A stretch of DNA of 33,119 bases from Candidatus Latescibacterota bacterium (GTDB lineage: Bacteria > Latescibacterota > UBA2968 > GCA-2709665), in contig CAXXJS010000004.1 of assembly GCA_963662665.2 (NCBI GenBank), forward strand, positions 1 through 33,119. Reading direction: 5' to 3'. Shown here piece by piece: positions 9,148-17,233 of this stretch. The notes beneath the pieces are model-generated. The model saw only the letters and a list, made by a program, of their open reading frames with translations, ran no database searches and was not told the origin of the DNA. How positions within the stretch are numbered: the stretch's first letter is position 1; every line of letters begins with the position of its first letter. The position numbers and the translations under genes were made by a program.

Positions 9148-10713
9148 CTACGGCGAAACGCCTCGTTTGTCGGTGGGGCCGAGCAGGGCCTGGAGGCGGT
9201 TGCGGGTGAGGGAAATGAAGTTGCAGAGATAGGGGCGGGTTTGCCGCGGATCGATGATTTCTTCTACGGCAAAGGCTTCCGCGGAGCGAAATGGGGACGC
9301 ATATTGACGAAGTTCCTCTTCGAGTTCCTTCTCGCGGGCTGCCGGATTCTCGGAGTTGGCAATGTCCCGCCGGTAGGCGGCGGCAACGCCTCCTTCTATA
9401 GGGAGGGAGCCCCACTCTCCCGAAGGCCAGGCGATCTTGAAATCCAGTTCGTCCATGTCGCCGGCGGCCATTCCGGCCATGCCGTAACACTTCCGGATCA
9501 CGAGGGTGAGGATGGGTACCCGGACACGGTGAATCGCAAAGACCGCCTTCATCCCTTCGCGAAGGGTGGCCTCCTGCTCGGCGGCGGTGCCGATCATGAA
9601 TCCGGGGATGTCCACAAAAAAGATCAACGGAATGTGGAAGCAGTCGCACAGTTCGATGAAATGGGTCTGTTTGCGCGCTTCTCCGGCGCCCATTGCGCCA
9701 CCGGATACCATCGGGTTGTTGGCGACAATGCCCACCGGCTGGCCGTTGAGCCTCGCCAGGCTGGTGATGAGCGCGCGTCCGAACGTCGGCTGGATCTCGA
9801 AGATGGAGCCCTTGTCCACAACAAGCTCCAGCAGGCGGTGCATCGAATAGGGGGAGGTGCGTTCACGCGGGACAATGGATAACAGTTCCTCTTCACACCG
9901 GTCAACCGGGTCGTCGCTGGACTCGGCGGGGGGCAGCTCCCATACGTTCTGCGGCATGTACGATAGAAACCGCCGGATCATGTAAAAACACTCCCGTTCG
10001 GTATCGACCGCGTTGTCCACGGTGCCGGCCGTGTCGACCGCGACGTCGGGTCCGCCAAGGTCTTCCTTTGATACCTCTACACCGAGCGCCCGCTTGACGA
10101 GGGGCGGTCCGCCTGAGAATATCTGGCTGGTGCGTCGTACCATGACGGACCAGTGCGAGAGTATGGCCCGGCCGGCGGGCCCGCCGGCCGCACTGCCGAG
10201 TACGGCCGATACAACGGGGACTTCGCCCAGGAGTTGGACGGAGCGGCCGAAACTGCTGACGCCCGGGAATACGGTGTAGCCCCGCTTTTCCGCGCCCCTG
10301 ACCGAACCGCCGGCCCCGTCGGCGAGGTTGATGAGCGGAATGAGATATTTGGATGCGAGGTCTTCGATAAAACCGCCCTGTCCGCCCTTTCGCCGGTGCG
10401 TACCGGGGCTGCTGCCTCCCCGAACGGTGAAGTCCTCACCGCCAATAGCCACGGGTCTTCCATTGATGCGGGCAACGCCCATGATGTAGGGTGCGGGCTG
10501 CACGCCGATGACGTTACCGGCCTCGTCGTACACGCCTGTGCCGCTGAGGCTCCCGACCTCCGTGAACGAGCCGCCGTCCACCAGGGCATCGATGCGTTCG
10601 CGAATGGTGAGCTTTCCCTGTCCGTGGTGGCGTTCGACGTTCTCGGCCCCGCCCATCTTCCTGGACCAGGACCGACGCGCGTCGAGTTCATCGGTTTCTT
10701 TCTGCCAGTTCAT
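9148..10713 (-). CDS. Acyl-CoA carboxylase, carboxyltransferase subunit (PccB/MccB-like)
   Basis: 'GKLTIRERIDALVD', 'DFTVRGGS', 'ARLNGQPVGIVAN', 'FFVDIPGFMIG', 'IRKCYG', 'IIDPRQTR'. Confidence 0.92.
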   Translation of the reverse strand: MNWQKETDELDARRSWSRKMGGAENVERHHGQGKLTIRERIDALVDGGSFTEVGSLSGTGVYDEAGNVIGVQPAPYIMGVARINGRPVAIGGEDFTVRGGSSPGTHRRKGGQGGFIEDLASKYLIPLINLADGAGGSVRGAEKRGYTVFPGVSSFGRSVQLLGEVPVVSAVLGSAAGGPAGRAILSHWSVMVRRTSQIFSGGPPLVKRALGVEVSKEDLGGPDVAVDTAGTVDNAVDTERECFYMIRRFLSYMPQNVWELPPAESSDDPVDRCEEELLSIVPRERTSPYSMHRLLELVVDKGSIFEIQPTFGRALITSLARLNGQPVGIVANNPMVSGGAMGAGEARKQTHFIELCDCFHIPLIFFVDIPGFMIGTAAEQEATLREGMKAVFAIHRVRVPILTLVIRKCYGMAGMAAGDMDELDFKIAWPSGEWGSLPIEGGVAAAYRRDIANSENPAAREKELEEELRQYASPFRSAEAFAVEEIIDPRQTRPYLCNFISLTRNRLQALLGPTDKRGVSP

Positions 10714-10767
10714 CTTTTCCTCCTGTACGGGCCACCCGCTGCATCCTGTTCCCGGGTTTCTCTACGC

Positions 10768-11979
10768 TTACGTCAAGTAGATGGTCTCCTGCCGGACCAT
10801 CGCGTCGATTTCGCCGGTATTGAATCCCGCCACCCGCGTCAGTACGTCCCGGGTGTCAACACCCACTTCCCGCCCGGCCCAACGCACTTCCCCAGGCGTT
10901 TCCGAAAGACCGGGTACGACGCCCGGCAACGTGACCGTACCCAGGACTTCATCCGGCATTTCCAGCAACATGCCTCGCGCCCGGTAGTGTTCATCGGCGA
11001 AAATGTCCCGCAGCGTAAATATCCGGGCGGCGGGTACGGCACTCGCGACCAGCTTCCGCTCCAGTTCCGGGAGCGGATGTGTCGACGTCCAGTCGCCAAT
11101 GATGTCGTCGATGTCGTCCTCGAACCGGGACCGCGCCGTGGGTGTCCGGAAGCGTTCTTCCCCGGCCAGATGCGGGGCGCCCATACATACCGCCAGTCGT
11201 TCGAAAGTCGCGTTGTTGCCGGCGGTGATGTGGATGAAGTCGCCGTCCGCCGTGGGATAGAGATTGTTGGGCGTGCTGTTCGGCAATCGGGACCCGGTGC
11301 GCGTGGGCACCGACCCGAGTTCGGCGAATGCCGGGACATGGGGTTCCATAAAGCTGAATGCCCCCTCGTACAACGCCGCGTCGACGACCTGGCCCGTGCC
11401 GGTCCGGGTCCGGGAAAAAAGCGCCAGAACGGCACCGAAGGCGGCATACAGCCCGGTGATGCAATCCGTGAGTGAGATGCTCGCGCGGCTGGGCGGTCGG
11501 TCGGGTTCGCCGGTGACTTCCCTGAGGCCGCCCACGGCCTCGCTCGTGACGCCGTATCCGGGACGATGCCGGTATGGGCCCGTTTGTCCGTACCCGCTGA
11601 TTCGCACGAGGATTATACCCGGGTTGACCTCGGAGAGGGTGTCGTAACCCAGGTTCCATTTTTCCAGCGTTCCCGGACGGAAATTTTCGACAACCACGTC
11701 GGAGGCTTTGATAAGTCGCTTGATGACGTCCTGTCCGGGGGGTGTTCTCAGATTGACCGAGATGAGATGCTTGTTGCGAAGGATGCTGGCCGCGTAGAGC
11801 GACCGGCCCCGGCTGCGTTTGCCCATCTGGCGGACGGGGTCTCCGGATGGCGGCTCCACTTTGATGACTTCGGCGCCAAAATCCGCCAGGAGTCGGCCGC
11901 AGAATGGACCGGAGACGGTACTTCCCATTTCCAGAACGCGACAGCCGGCCAGGGGTCCGGCATTGGAGGATCGTGCCAT
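10768..11979 (-). CDS. CaiB/BaiF (family III) CoA-transferase
   Basis: 'PLAGCRVLE', 'LADFGAEVIKVEPP', 'DVVVENFRPG', 'ISGYGQTGPY', catalytic Asp region 'SLTDCITGLY'. Start MARS lies 1 nt after the lactonase stop. Confidence 0.93.
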   Translation of the reverse strand: MARSSNAGPLAGCRVLEMGSTVSGPFCGRLLADFGAEVIKVEPPSGDPVRQMGKRSRGRSLYAASILRNKHLISVNLRTPPGQDVIKRLIKASDVVVENFRPGTLEKWNLGYDTLSEVNPGIILVRISGYGQTGPYRHRPGYGVTSEAVGGLREVTGEPDRPPSRASISLTDCITGLYAAFGAVLALFSRTRTGTGQVVDAALYEGAFSFMEPHVPAFAELGSVPTRTGSRLPNSTPNNLYPTADGDFIHITAGNNATFERLAVCMGAPHLAGEERFRTPTARSRFEDDIDDIIGDWTSTHPLPELERKLVASAVPAARIFTLRDIFADEHYRARGMLLEMPDEVLGTVTLPGVVPGLSETPGEVRWAGREVGVDTRDVLTRVAGFNTGEIDAMVRQETIYLT

Positions 11980-11980
11980 T

Positions 11981-13081
11981 TTATCGGATGAACGGGGATG
12001 GGATTTCGACACAGACTGCGCCCGGTACTTCAATGGGGCTGCCGACGGGATCGAGGGCGCCGGTGTCGGAGTTAATCCGGAAACACGAGACCACGTTGCC
12101 ACGCTGATTGGCGGCCAGGAGAAATTCGCCCGCGGGGTCGAATTCAAGGTTCCAGGGCCACGCGCCGCAAGAAGGCTCGTGGCCGAGCGTGGTGAGCTCG
12201 CCCGTTGCGCCGTCGATCGACATCACCACGATGCTGTCGTGGCCGCGGTTGGATCCGTACAGAAAGCGGCCGGATGGATGCACCCGGACGTCGGCGCAGA
12301 AGTTCTCGCCGCCGTAGTCGCCGGGCAGCGCGGAGAGCGTCTGACGTTCGGTGAGGGATCCGGACCCGGCATCGTAGTCGAAGGCGGCGATTGTGCTGTC
12401 GAGTTCGTTGATCACGTACGCCATGTTGCCGTCCGGATGGAAGGAGATGTGCCGGGGTCCGGCGCCGGCGCGTGTCGATACGAATCCCTGCCCTGTCGGC
12501 TCGATGGTCGCCGAGGATGCATCCAGTTCATAGCACATGACTTTGTCGGTGCCGAGGTCTGCGGCGAATGCGAAACGATGATCGGGGGAGAGGACAATGG
12601 AGTGAACGTGCGGGGCCTCCTGGCGTCCGGCGTCCACACTGGACCCCTCGTGCCGGACGACCTGCGAAACTGGTTGGAGTTGCCCGTCTTCGCCTATCGG
12701 AAGCGCGCTCAGGCTGCCTGATCCGTAGTTTCCCGATAGCAGACAGCGGTTTGTCCGGTCGACACTGAGATAACAGGGAAGGTCTCCGCCGGCGTGCTGC
12801 TCATTGAGCAGCGCAAGGCTGCCGGATTCCGGATCGATTGAGAACGATTTGATGCAGCCTCCCGGTCTGCCGTCGAATTCATCCACGGCGCAGGCCGCGT
12901 ACAGGAACCGCCCGCTGTTGTCAGCGGTAAGGAAGAAGGGATTGTGAACGTCCGGCACCTTTGACACGGCTTCGAGTTCGCCGGACGAGGCGTCGAGTTC
13001 GAGGATGTGCAGACCTTCTGTGCGATCATCCGTATACGTGCCCGCGTAGACGGTGACGTGACCTCCGGACTGATCTGACAT
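11981..13081 (-). CDS. Lactonase family beta-propeller (6-phosphogluconolactonase Pgl/YbhE-like)
   Basis: 'YAGTYT', 'RQEAPHVH', 'DLGTD', 'GAGPRH', 'YVINEL', 'SNRGHDSI'; AGGAG RBS before MSDQ. Confidence 0.92.
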   Translation of the reverse strand: MSDQSGGHVTVYAGTYTDDRTEGLHILELDASSGELEAVSKVPDVHNPFFLTADNSGRFLYAACAVDEFDGRPGGCIKSFSIDPESGSLALLNEQHAGGDLPCYLSVDRTNRCLLSGNYGSGSLSALPIGEDGQLQPVSQVVRHEGSSVDAGRQEAPHVHSIVLSPDHRFAFAADLGTDKVMCYELDASSATIEPTGQGFVSTRAGAGPRHISFHPDGNMAYVINELDSTIAAFDYDAGSGSLTERQTLSALPGDYGGENFCADVRVHPSGRFLYGSNRGHDSIVVMSIDGATGELTTLGHEPSCGAWPWNLEFDPAGEFLLAANQRGNVVSCFRINSDTGALDPVGSPIEVPGAVCVEIPSPFIR

Positions 13082-13412
13082 TTGCGTAACTCCTGTCCTG
13101 AAGACGCCTGTTCCCGGAAATTCAAGGTTCGAACGATCGCCGAAATGACTGTCGCGAAAGTCGGCTCTATTGTCGCAAGTGAAATATAGCCGGAAATCGG
13201 GCGAGATCAAAATTTTTTCGCTGGTTTACGCACAATAATTCGAACGGCGACTGCGACCGTCCTCAAACCGGGTGAAGCGCCGCAACCGCATCCACCGCAC
13301 TTCTTGTATTTCCGCCGCCGTGGAATTATCTTCTGGCATCGGACCGTTTCGTTCGCGACAACTATCCGTCTCGCGCCCTATTCTCGGCCAGAAACAACCT
13401 GTGAGGATGACA

Positions 13413-14258
13413 ATGGATACCGAATTGGTTCCCGCAACCAACGCGGACGGTCTACCGGTGGTGCCGATGACCGACGCGCAGAAATACACTTTCGATCTAA
13501 AAGGCTGGATTTGCCTGCCGGATTTATTCGACGAGGAGCAACTGGAACGCATCCGGCAGCATCAGATGGATTTTCTCTACCGGCGCGATACGCTTTCCCC
13601 GGAAGAACGCGACAACCACGGAGGCCCGTCGCAGGTGCTGCTGGACCATCCCGCCGTGGTTGGGGTGCTCAACGAAATCCTCTCGCACCGACCGCTGGCA
13701 ACCGAAGACTGTTACGGTTTCCGTTACGACCACACGTACACCAGCCATCGCAAGGCTGGCCACGATAACTTCGGTCCTCACGGGGGCGGCGCCTATTTTT
13801 CTTTCAGCGGCAATTCCCACATCTACCAGATGCTGCCGGGGAAGGTCCATTCGGGCCTGACGCGCGTAGTTTGGGAACTCAACGAGGTTGGCCCCGGCGA
13901 CGGGGGCACGATGTTCCTCACCGGCAGTCACAAGGCGGCGTTTCCGCGACCGGAGGAAATCAGCGGCCGGGAAAGTCCGCTGTGGGAGACCTATACATGC
14001 CCCGCGGGATCGGCAGTGATTTTCACCGAGGCGCTGTGCCACACGGGCACGCGCTGGACCAACGAGAGCCGCGACCGGTTAAGCCTCTTCACCTGCTACA
14101 ACACGGTAAACGCCAAGTGGGGCAAGGGCTGCCCGGCGCCCGAGGTGGTCGCCGCGCTGCCGCCTAAACGCCAGACGCTGTTCAGAGGCGTCTGGCACGG
14201 GATGAGAGAAGTACCGGGCATCAACCAGTACGTCGACGAGGCCAACCGGGCGGTGTGA
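13413..14258 (+). CDS. PhyH-like Fe(II)/2-oxoglutarate oxygenase with atypical HGG metal motif
   Basis: 'QKYTFDLKGWICLPD', 'RVVWELNEV..GDGGTMFLTGSHK', 'AGSAVIFTEALCHTG..W...DRLSL'; HGG where HxD is expected; GAGGA RBS. Confidence 0.82.
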   Translation: MDTELVPATNADGLPVVPMTDAQKYTFDLKGWICLPDLFDEEQLERIRQHQMDFLYRRDTLSPEERDNHGGPSQVLLDHPAVVGVLNEILSHRPLATEDCYGFRYDHTYTSHRKAGHDNFGPHGGGAYFSFSGNSHIYQMLPGKVHSGLTRVVWELNEVGPGDGGTMFLTGSHKAAFPRPEEISGRESPLWETYTCPAGSAVIFTEALCHTGTRWTNESRDRLSLFTCYNTVNAKWGKGCPAPEVVAALPPKRQTLFRGVWHGMREVPGINQYVDEANRAV

Positions 14259-14336
14259 ATCGTGACCTCTCCCTCCGGTCCCCAAGAAGCGGCAAGAGGT
14301 GAGTAGACGGGAGATGATATGAGTGACTGAAGAACG

Positions 14337-14461
14337 GGTAGACGTAAGACGGGAGAGGGTAGAGATTCCCAGCCCCGTACGGTTTCATTTCTTGCCGTAG
14401 GCATAAAGGAAGACTCAATCTGGCAAAGACGTCATCTACCGTCTCACCTCTCCCGTCTCAC
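14337..14461. repeat. Two inverted arrays of four degenerate heptamers
   Basis: GGTAGAC GTAAGAC GGGAGAG GGTAGAG (14337-14364) faces ATCTACC GTCTCAC CTCTCCC GTCTCAC (14434-14461). Confidence 0.55.
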
Positions 14462-14490
14462 CGCCACCGGACAAGATAGGAGATCTTGTG

Positions 14491-15291
14491 ATGAAAGTAG
14501 GCATATACGCTTCGTATTTCGGCAAGGAAGAACCCAAGGCATTTCCTGACGTCGAATCGTTTATCGACCTTGCTCGTGAGTTGCAGTTGGATGTGATCGA
14601 CTTCCGGGTGGACGTGGGTTTCGGCTCCCTGGACCGCGACTATCTTCGGGGTTTGAAGATAAGTTGCCTGAAAGCCGGGCTTCCCATCGGCTATCTCGCG
14701 TCGGGCGGCCATTTCGTTGGGACGGATGAGGAATTGCGACAGAAGGTGGAACAGGCAAAGGCCGACGTGGAGGTGGCCGCCTTCCTGGGAACGCCGATGA
14801 TCCGGCTCTTCTGCGGGGCCCCGGGGGTGGGGGACGCGGAACGCGAGATCCGATGCTTTCAGGAAGTGTGCGATTTCGCGGCGGATGCCGGGATTATCGT
14901 GGGTCTTCAGAATCACCCGAGTACAGGCGACAACGTCCTGCGCATTTTCAGGGAAACCGACCGCGAGAACTTCACGTTTATCCTGGACACCGGCCAGTGG
15001 GTGGGGTCGCCCGGGTTGAATCGCGGAGTCGTCGATCCGGACGTGGACATCTACCGCTACATGGAACAGACCGCGCCGCATGCGTCGCACGTCCGCGCCA
15101 AGATCTACAAGATCGACAGCGGCCGGGAGGAGTGGCTGGATTACCCTCGCATCGTTGGCATTCTGAAATCGGCAGGCTTCAACGGGGTGATTTCGATCAC
15201 GTTCGAGGGGCAGGACGTCAACGAATGCGACGACAGGGAGACGTTCAGGCTGGCGGCGAAGCACCTGCGCGAAACCATCGCCGCGGCGTAA
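14491..15291 (+). CDS. Sugar phosphate isomerase/epimerase family (xylose isomerase-like TIM barrel)
   Basis: 'IRLFCG', 'GLQNH', 'ILDTGQW', 'HVRAK', 'GFNGVISITFEG'; AGGAG RBS. Confidence 0.85.
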   Translation: MKVGIYASYFGKEEPKAFPDVESFIDLARELQLDVIDFRVDVGFGSLDRDYLRGLKISCLKAGLPIGYLASGGHFVGTDEELRQKVEQAKADVEVAAFLGTPMIRLFCGAPGVGDAEREIRCFQEVCDFAADAGIIVGLQNHPSTGDNVLRIFRETDRENFTFILDTGQWVGSPGLNRGVVDPDVDIYRYMEQTAPHASHVRAKIYKIDSGREEWLDYPRIVGILKSAGFNGVISITFEGQDVNECDDRETFRLAAKHLRETIAAA

Positions 15292-15331
15292 ACACAATGC
15301 GCGGAGCATGGCAGGAGATAGCGAAGAGCGA

Positions 15332-16063
15332 ATGCCGCGACTGACCGACTACCGTGTCCTCACCTTCGACTGCTACGGCACCCTCATCGACTGGGAGTGC
15401 GGCATCTGGGACGCGATCCAGCCGCTGATCATGCGCAACCCGGAGTCGTGCCTTACGCGTGACGCCGTGCTGCGCGCCTTCGCGCAATGCGAAAGCCTGC
15501 ACGAGCGAGCCACGCCCTGCCTTCGCTATCCGGAACTGCTCGCCCGGGTGCATGCGCGTATGACTGAGCACTTTGCGCTAGAAACCGACGACGAACTCAA
15601 CGCGGCGTTCGGCGCCGCTCTGCCGCACTGGCCCGCGTTCCCGGACACCGCCGACGCGCTTCGCATCCTCAAGCGGCACTACAGGCTCGTGATCCTTTCC
15701 AACGTCCACCGCGACGGCATCGCCGCCTCCAACCGAAAGCTGGGTGTCGAGTTCGACGCCATCTATACGGCGGAAGACATCGGTTCCTACAAGCCCGCCG
15801 ACGCCAACTTCGAGTACCTGCTGGCCCACCTGAAGGCTGACTTGAGTCTGGAACCCTCAGACGTGCTGCACACCGCGCAGAGCCTGTACCATGACCATGT
15901 TCCGGCAAGGAAATTCGGGCTGGCCACCGCCTGGATCGACCGGCAGCGGCTTTCGGAGGGCGGGAGTTGGGGCGCGACCGAGCGGGTGGAGGCGATACCG
16001 AATACCGACTTCGTCTTCTTCTCGCTCGGCGAGATGGCGGAAGCGGTTGAGGCGGGTGTCTGA
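15332..16063 (+). CDS. HAD-family hydrolase, haloacid dehalogenase type II-like
   Basis: 'TFDCYGTLIDWE' motif I, 'ILSNV', 'SYKP', 'LHTAQSLYHDHVPA'. Start may instead be 15308. Confidence 0.9.
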   Translation: MPRLTDYRVLTFDCYGTLIDWECGIWDAIQPLIMRNPESCLTRDAVLRAFAQCESLHERATPCLRYPELLARVHARMTEHFALETDDELNAAFGAALPHWPAFPDTADALRILKRHYRLVILSNVHRDGIAASNRKLGVEFDAIYTAEDIGSYKPADANFEYLLAHLKADLSLEPSDVLHTAQSLYHDHVPARKFGLATAWIDRQRLSEGGSWGATERVEAIPNTDFVFFSLGEMAEAVEAGV

Positions 16064-16559
16064 AGCCCGTGACTCAGCGCATACCGCTGGCAGGGCGGCT
16101 TCCAGCCTGGGAAGCCGTCACCAATGCAGTACTTTCTTCCTGATCGGTCCCCTCCTCAAATTAACATTCTCATCTAATGTGTGCGCCAGGGTCGGACCTG
16201 CGACTCCGGGCGCCGCCATTTCTCGTGATTTCCAGGAATGTCCATGCGCGACGCCACCTTCCGCAAAAACTCCACACCGCCGTCGCTGGTCGTCACGCGA
16301 TACTGCGCTCCGCCGGCCTGATTCAGTCCGGTGGTTATGTTCAGTGAGGGGTCGGTTGTATTCCTGCCACACCTGAACATGCACTCCAATGTGATTGGAC
16401 AGTCGTTCTGCGTTCTTCTCGAATTGAAATAGCGGGCCCATGAACCCCTGTCCGGGCAACCGAACTAAACCCAAACCTGCCGGATCAAGCCATTTGGTAT
16501 CCTCGGAAAAAGCACGTGGCGCATTATGTCGTCCGTACAGGTCGACGGCTGACAAGCCA

Positions 16560-16690
16560 TAATTGTCCGATAATTGGTAGTTTTCATCAATAATTCAACT
16601 GTTTCGCCCGAAAATTCAACACTAGTTCATGGAAAATTTGTTATAATTATTATTAAACGATGCGATGAAATTCATGGAAAAGAATTACGG
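16560..16690. promoter_or_regulatory. AT-rich regulatory region with extended -10 box and direct repeats
   Basis: TG-T-TATAAT at 16639-16647; TTCATGGAAAA at 16626-16636 and 16671-16681; AATTCAAC at 16592-16599 and 16613-16620. Confidence 0.45.
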
Positions 16691-16836
16691 TCTGAGACAC
16701 ACCACGCCGTAATCGTCGCAAATTCGCCGTCGTTAGGTTCCTTAACACTTTAGGTAAAGTTGACGCGATCAATATTGGCATTTAGGGGGCACGCCTAATC
16801 CGTCGCCGCCAGTTTGCGCTTCCGTTTCTGGACCCA

Positions 16837-17055
16837 ATGGGAAGCTCGACCTGCTTCCTCAGACTGAAATCCGTGACGATTTATGGATTGAACAGGTTAG
16901 ATGGCGACGGCGAAGTGGGGTTCTCCGACTTCGCTTATCTCTCGAGGCCCTTCGGGACAAACGACCCTGCTTGCGACCTGGACGGCAGCGGCGCCGTTGA
17001 TTTCGCAGATTTTCTTCTGTTATCCAAACACTTCGAAGGGACCGCGGCGAACTAG
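16837..17055 (+). pseudogene. Isolated dockerin-like/EF-hand C-terminal module (gene remnant or mini-protein)
   Basis: LDGDGEVGFSDFAYLSRPFG..DLDGSGAVDFADFLLLSKHF resembles the C-terminus of the downstream 1479-aa protein; no signal peptide or clear RBS. Confidence 0.65.
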
Positions 17056-17233
17056 GCTGTTTTCAGGTACGGAATTACGATTCTGGTGGAGGGATGTTTC
17101 GGACAGCCATACCGACTGGCGATTTCGAGTCACGGATGCCCGGTTTTTGTAGGGGCTGGTTCGAGAGTCGACCATGTTGCTTATGGATCGCTGGAGACAT
17201 GTGACACTCGCCGACTAAGCAGGAGGTAGTCCG

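Noticed and set aside
9121-12721. Long plus-strand ORFs 9121-9882, 10153-11475 and 11819-12721
   Set aside because: Antisense shadows of motif-rich minus-strand genes in GC-rich DNA; no recognisable motifs.
16118-16555. 145-aa and 71-aa minus-strand ORFs
   Set aside because: No recognisable family and weak starts; may be an eroded gene but a call cannot be supported.
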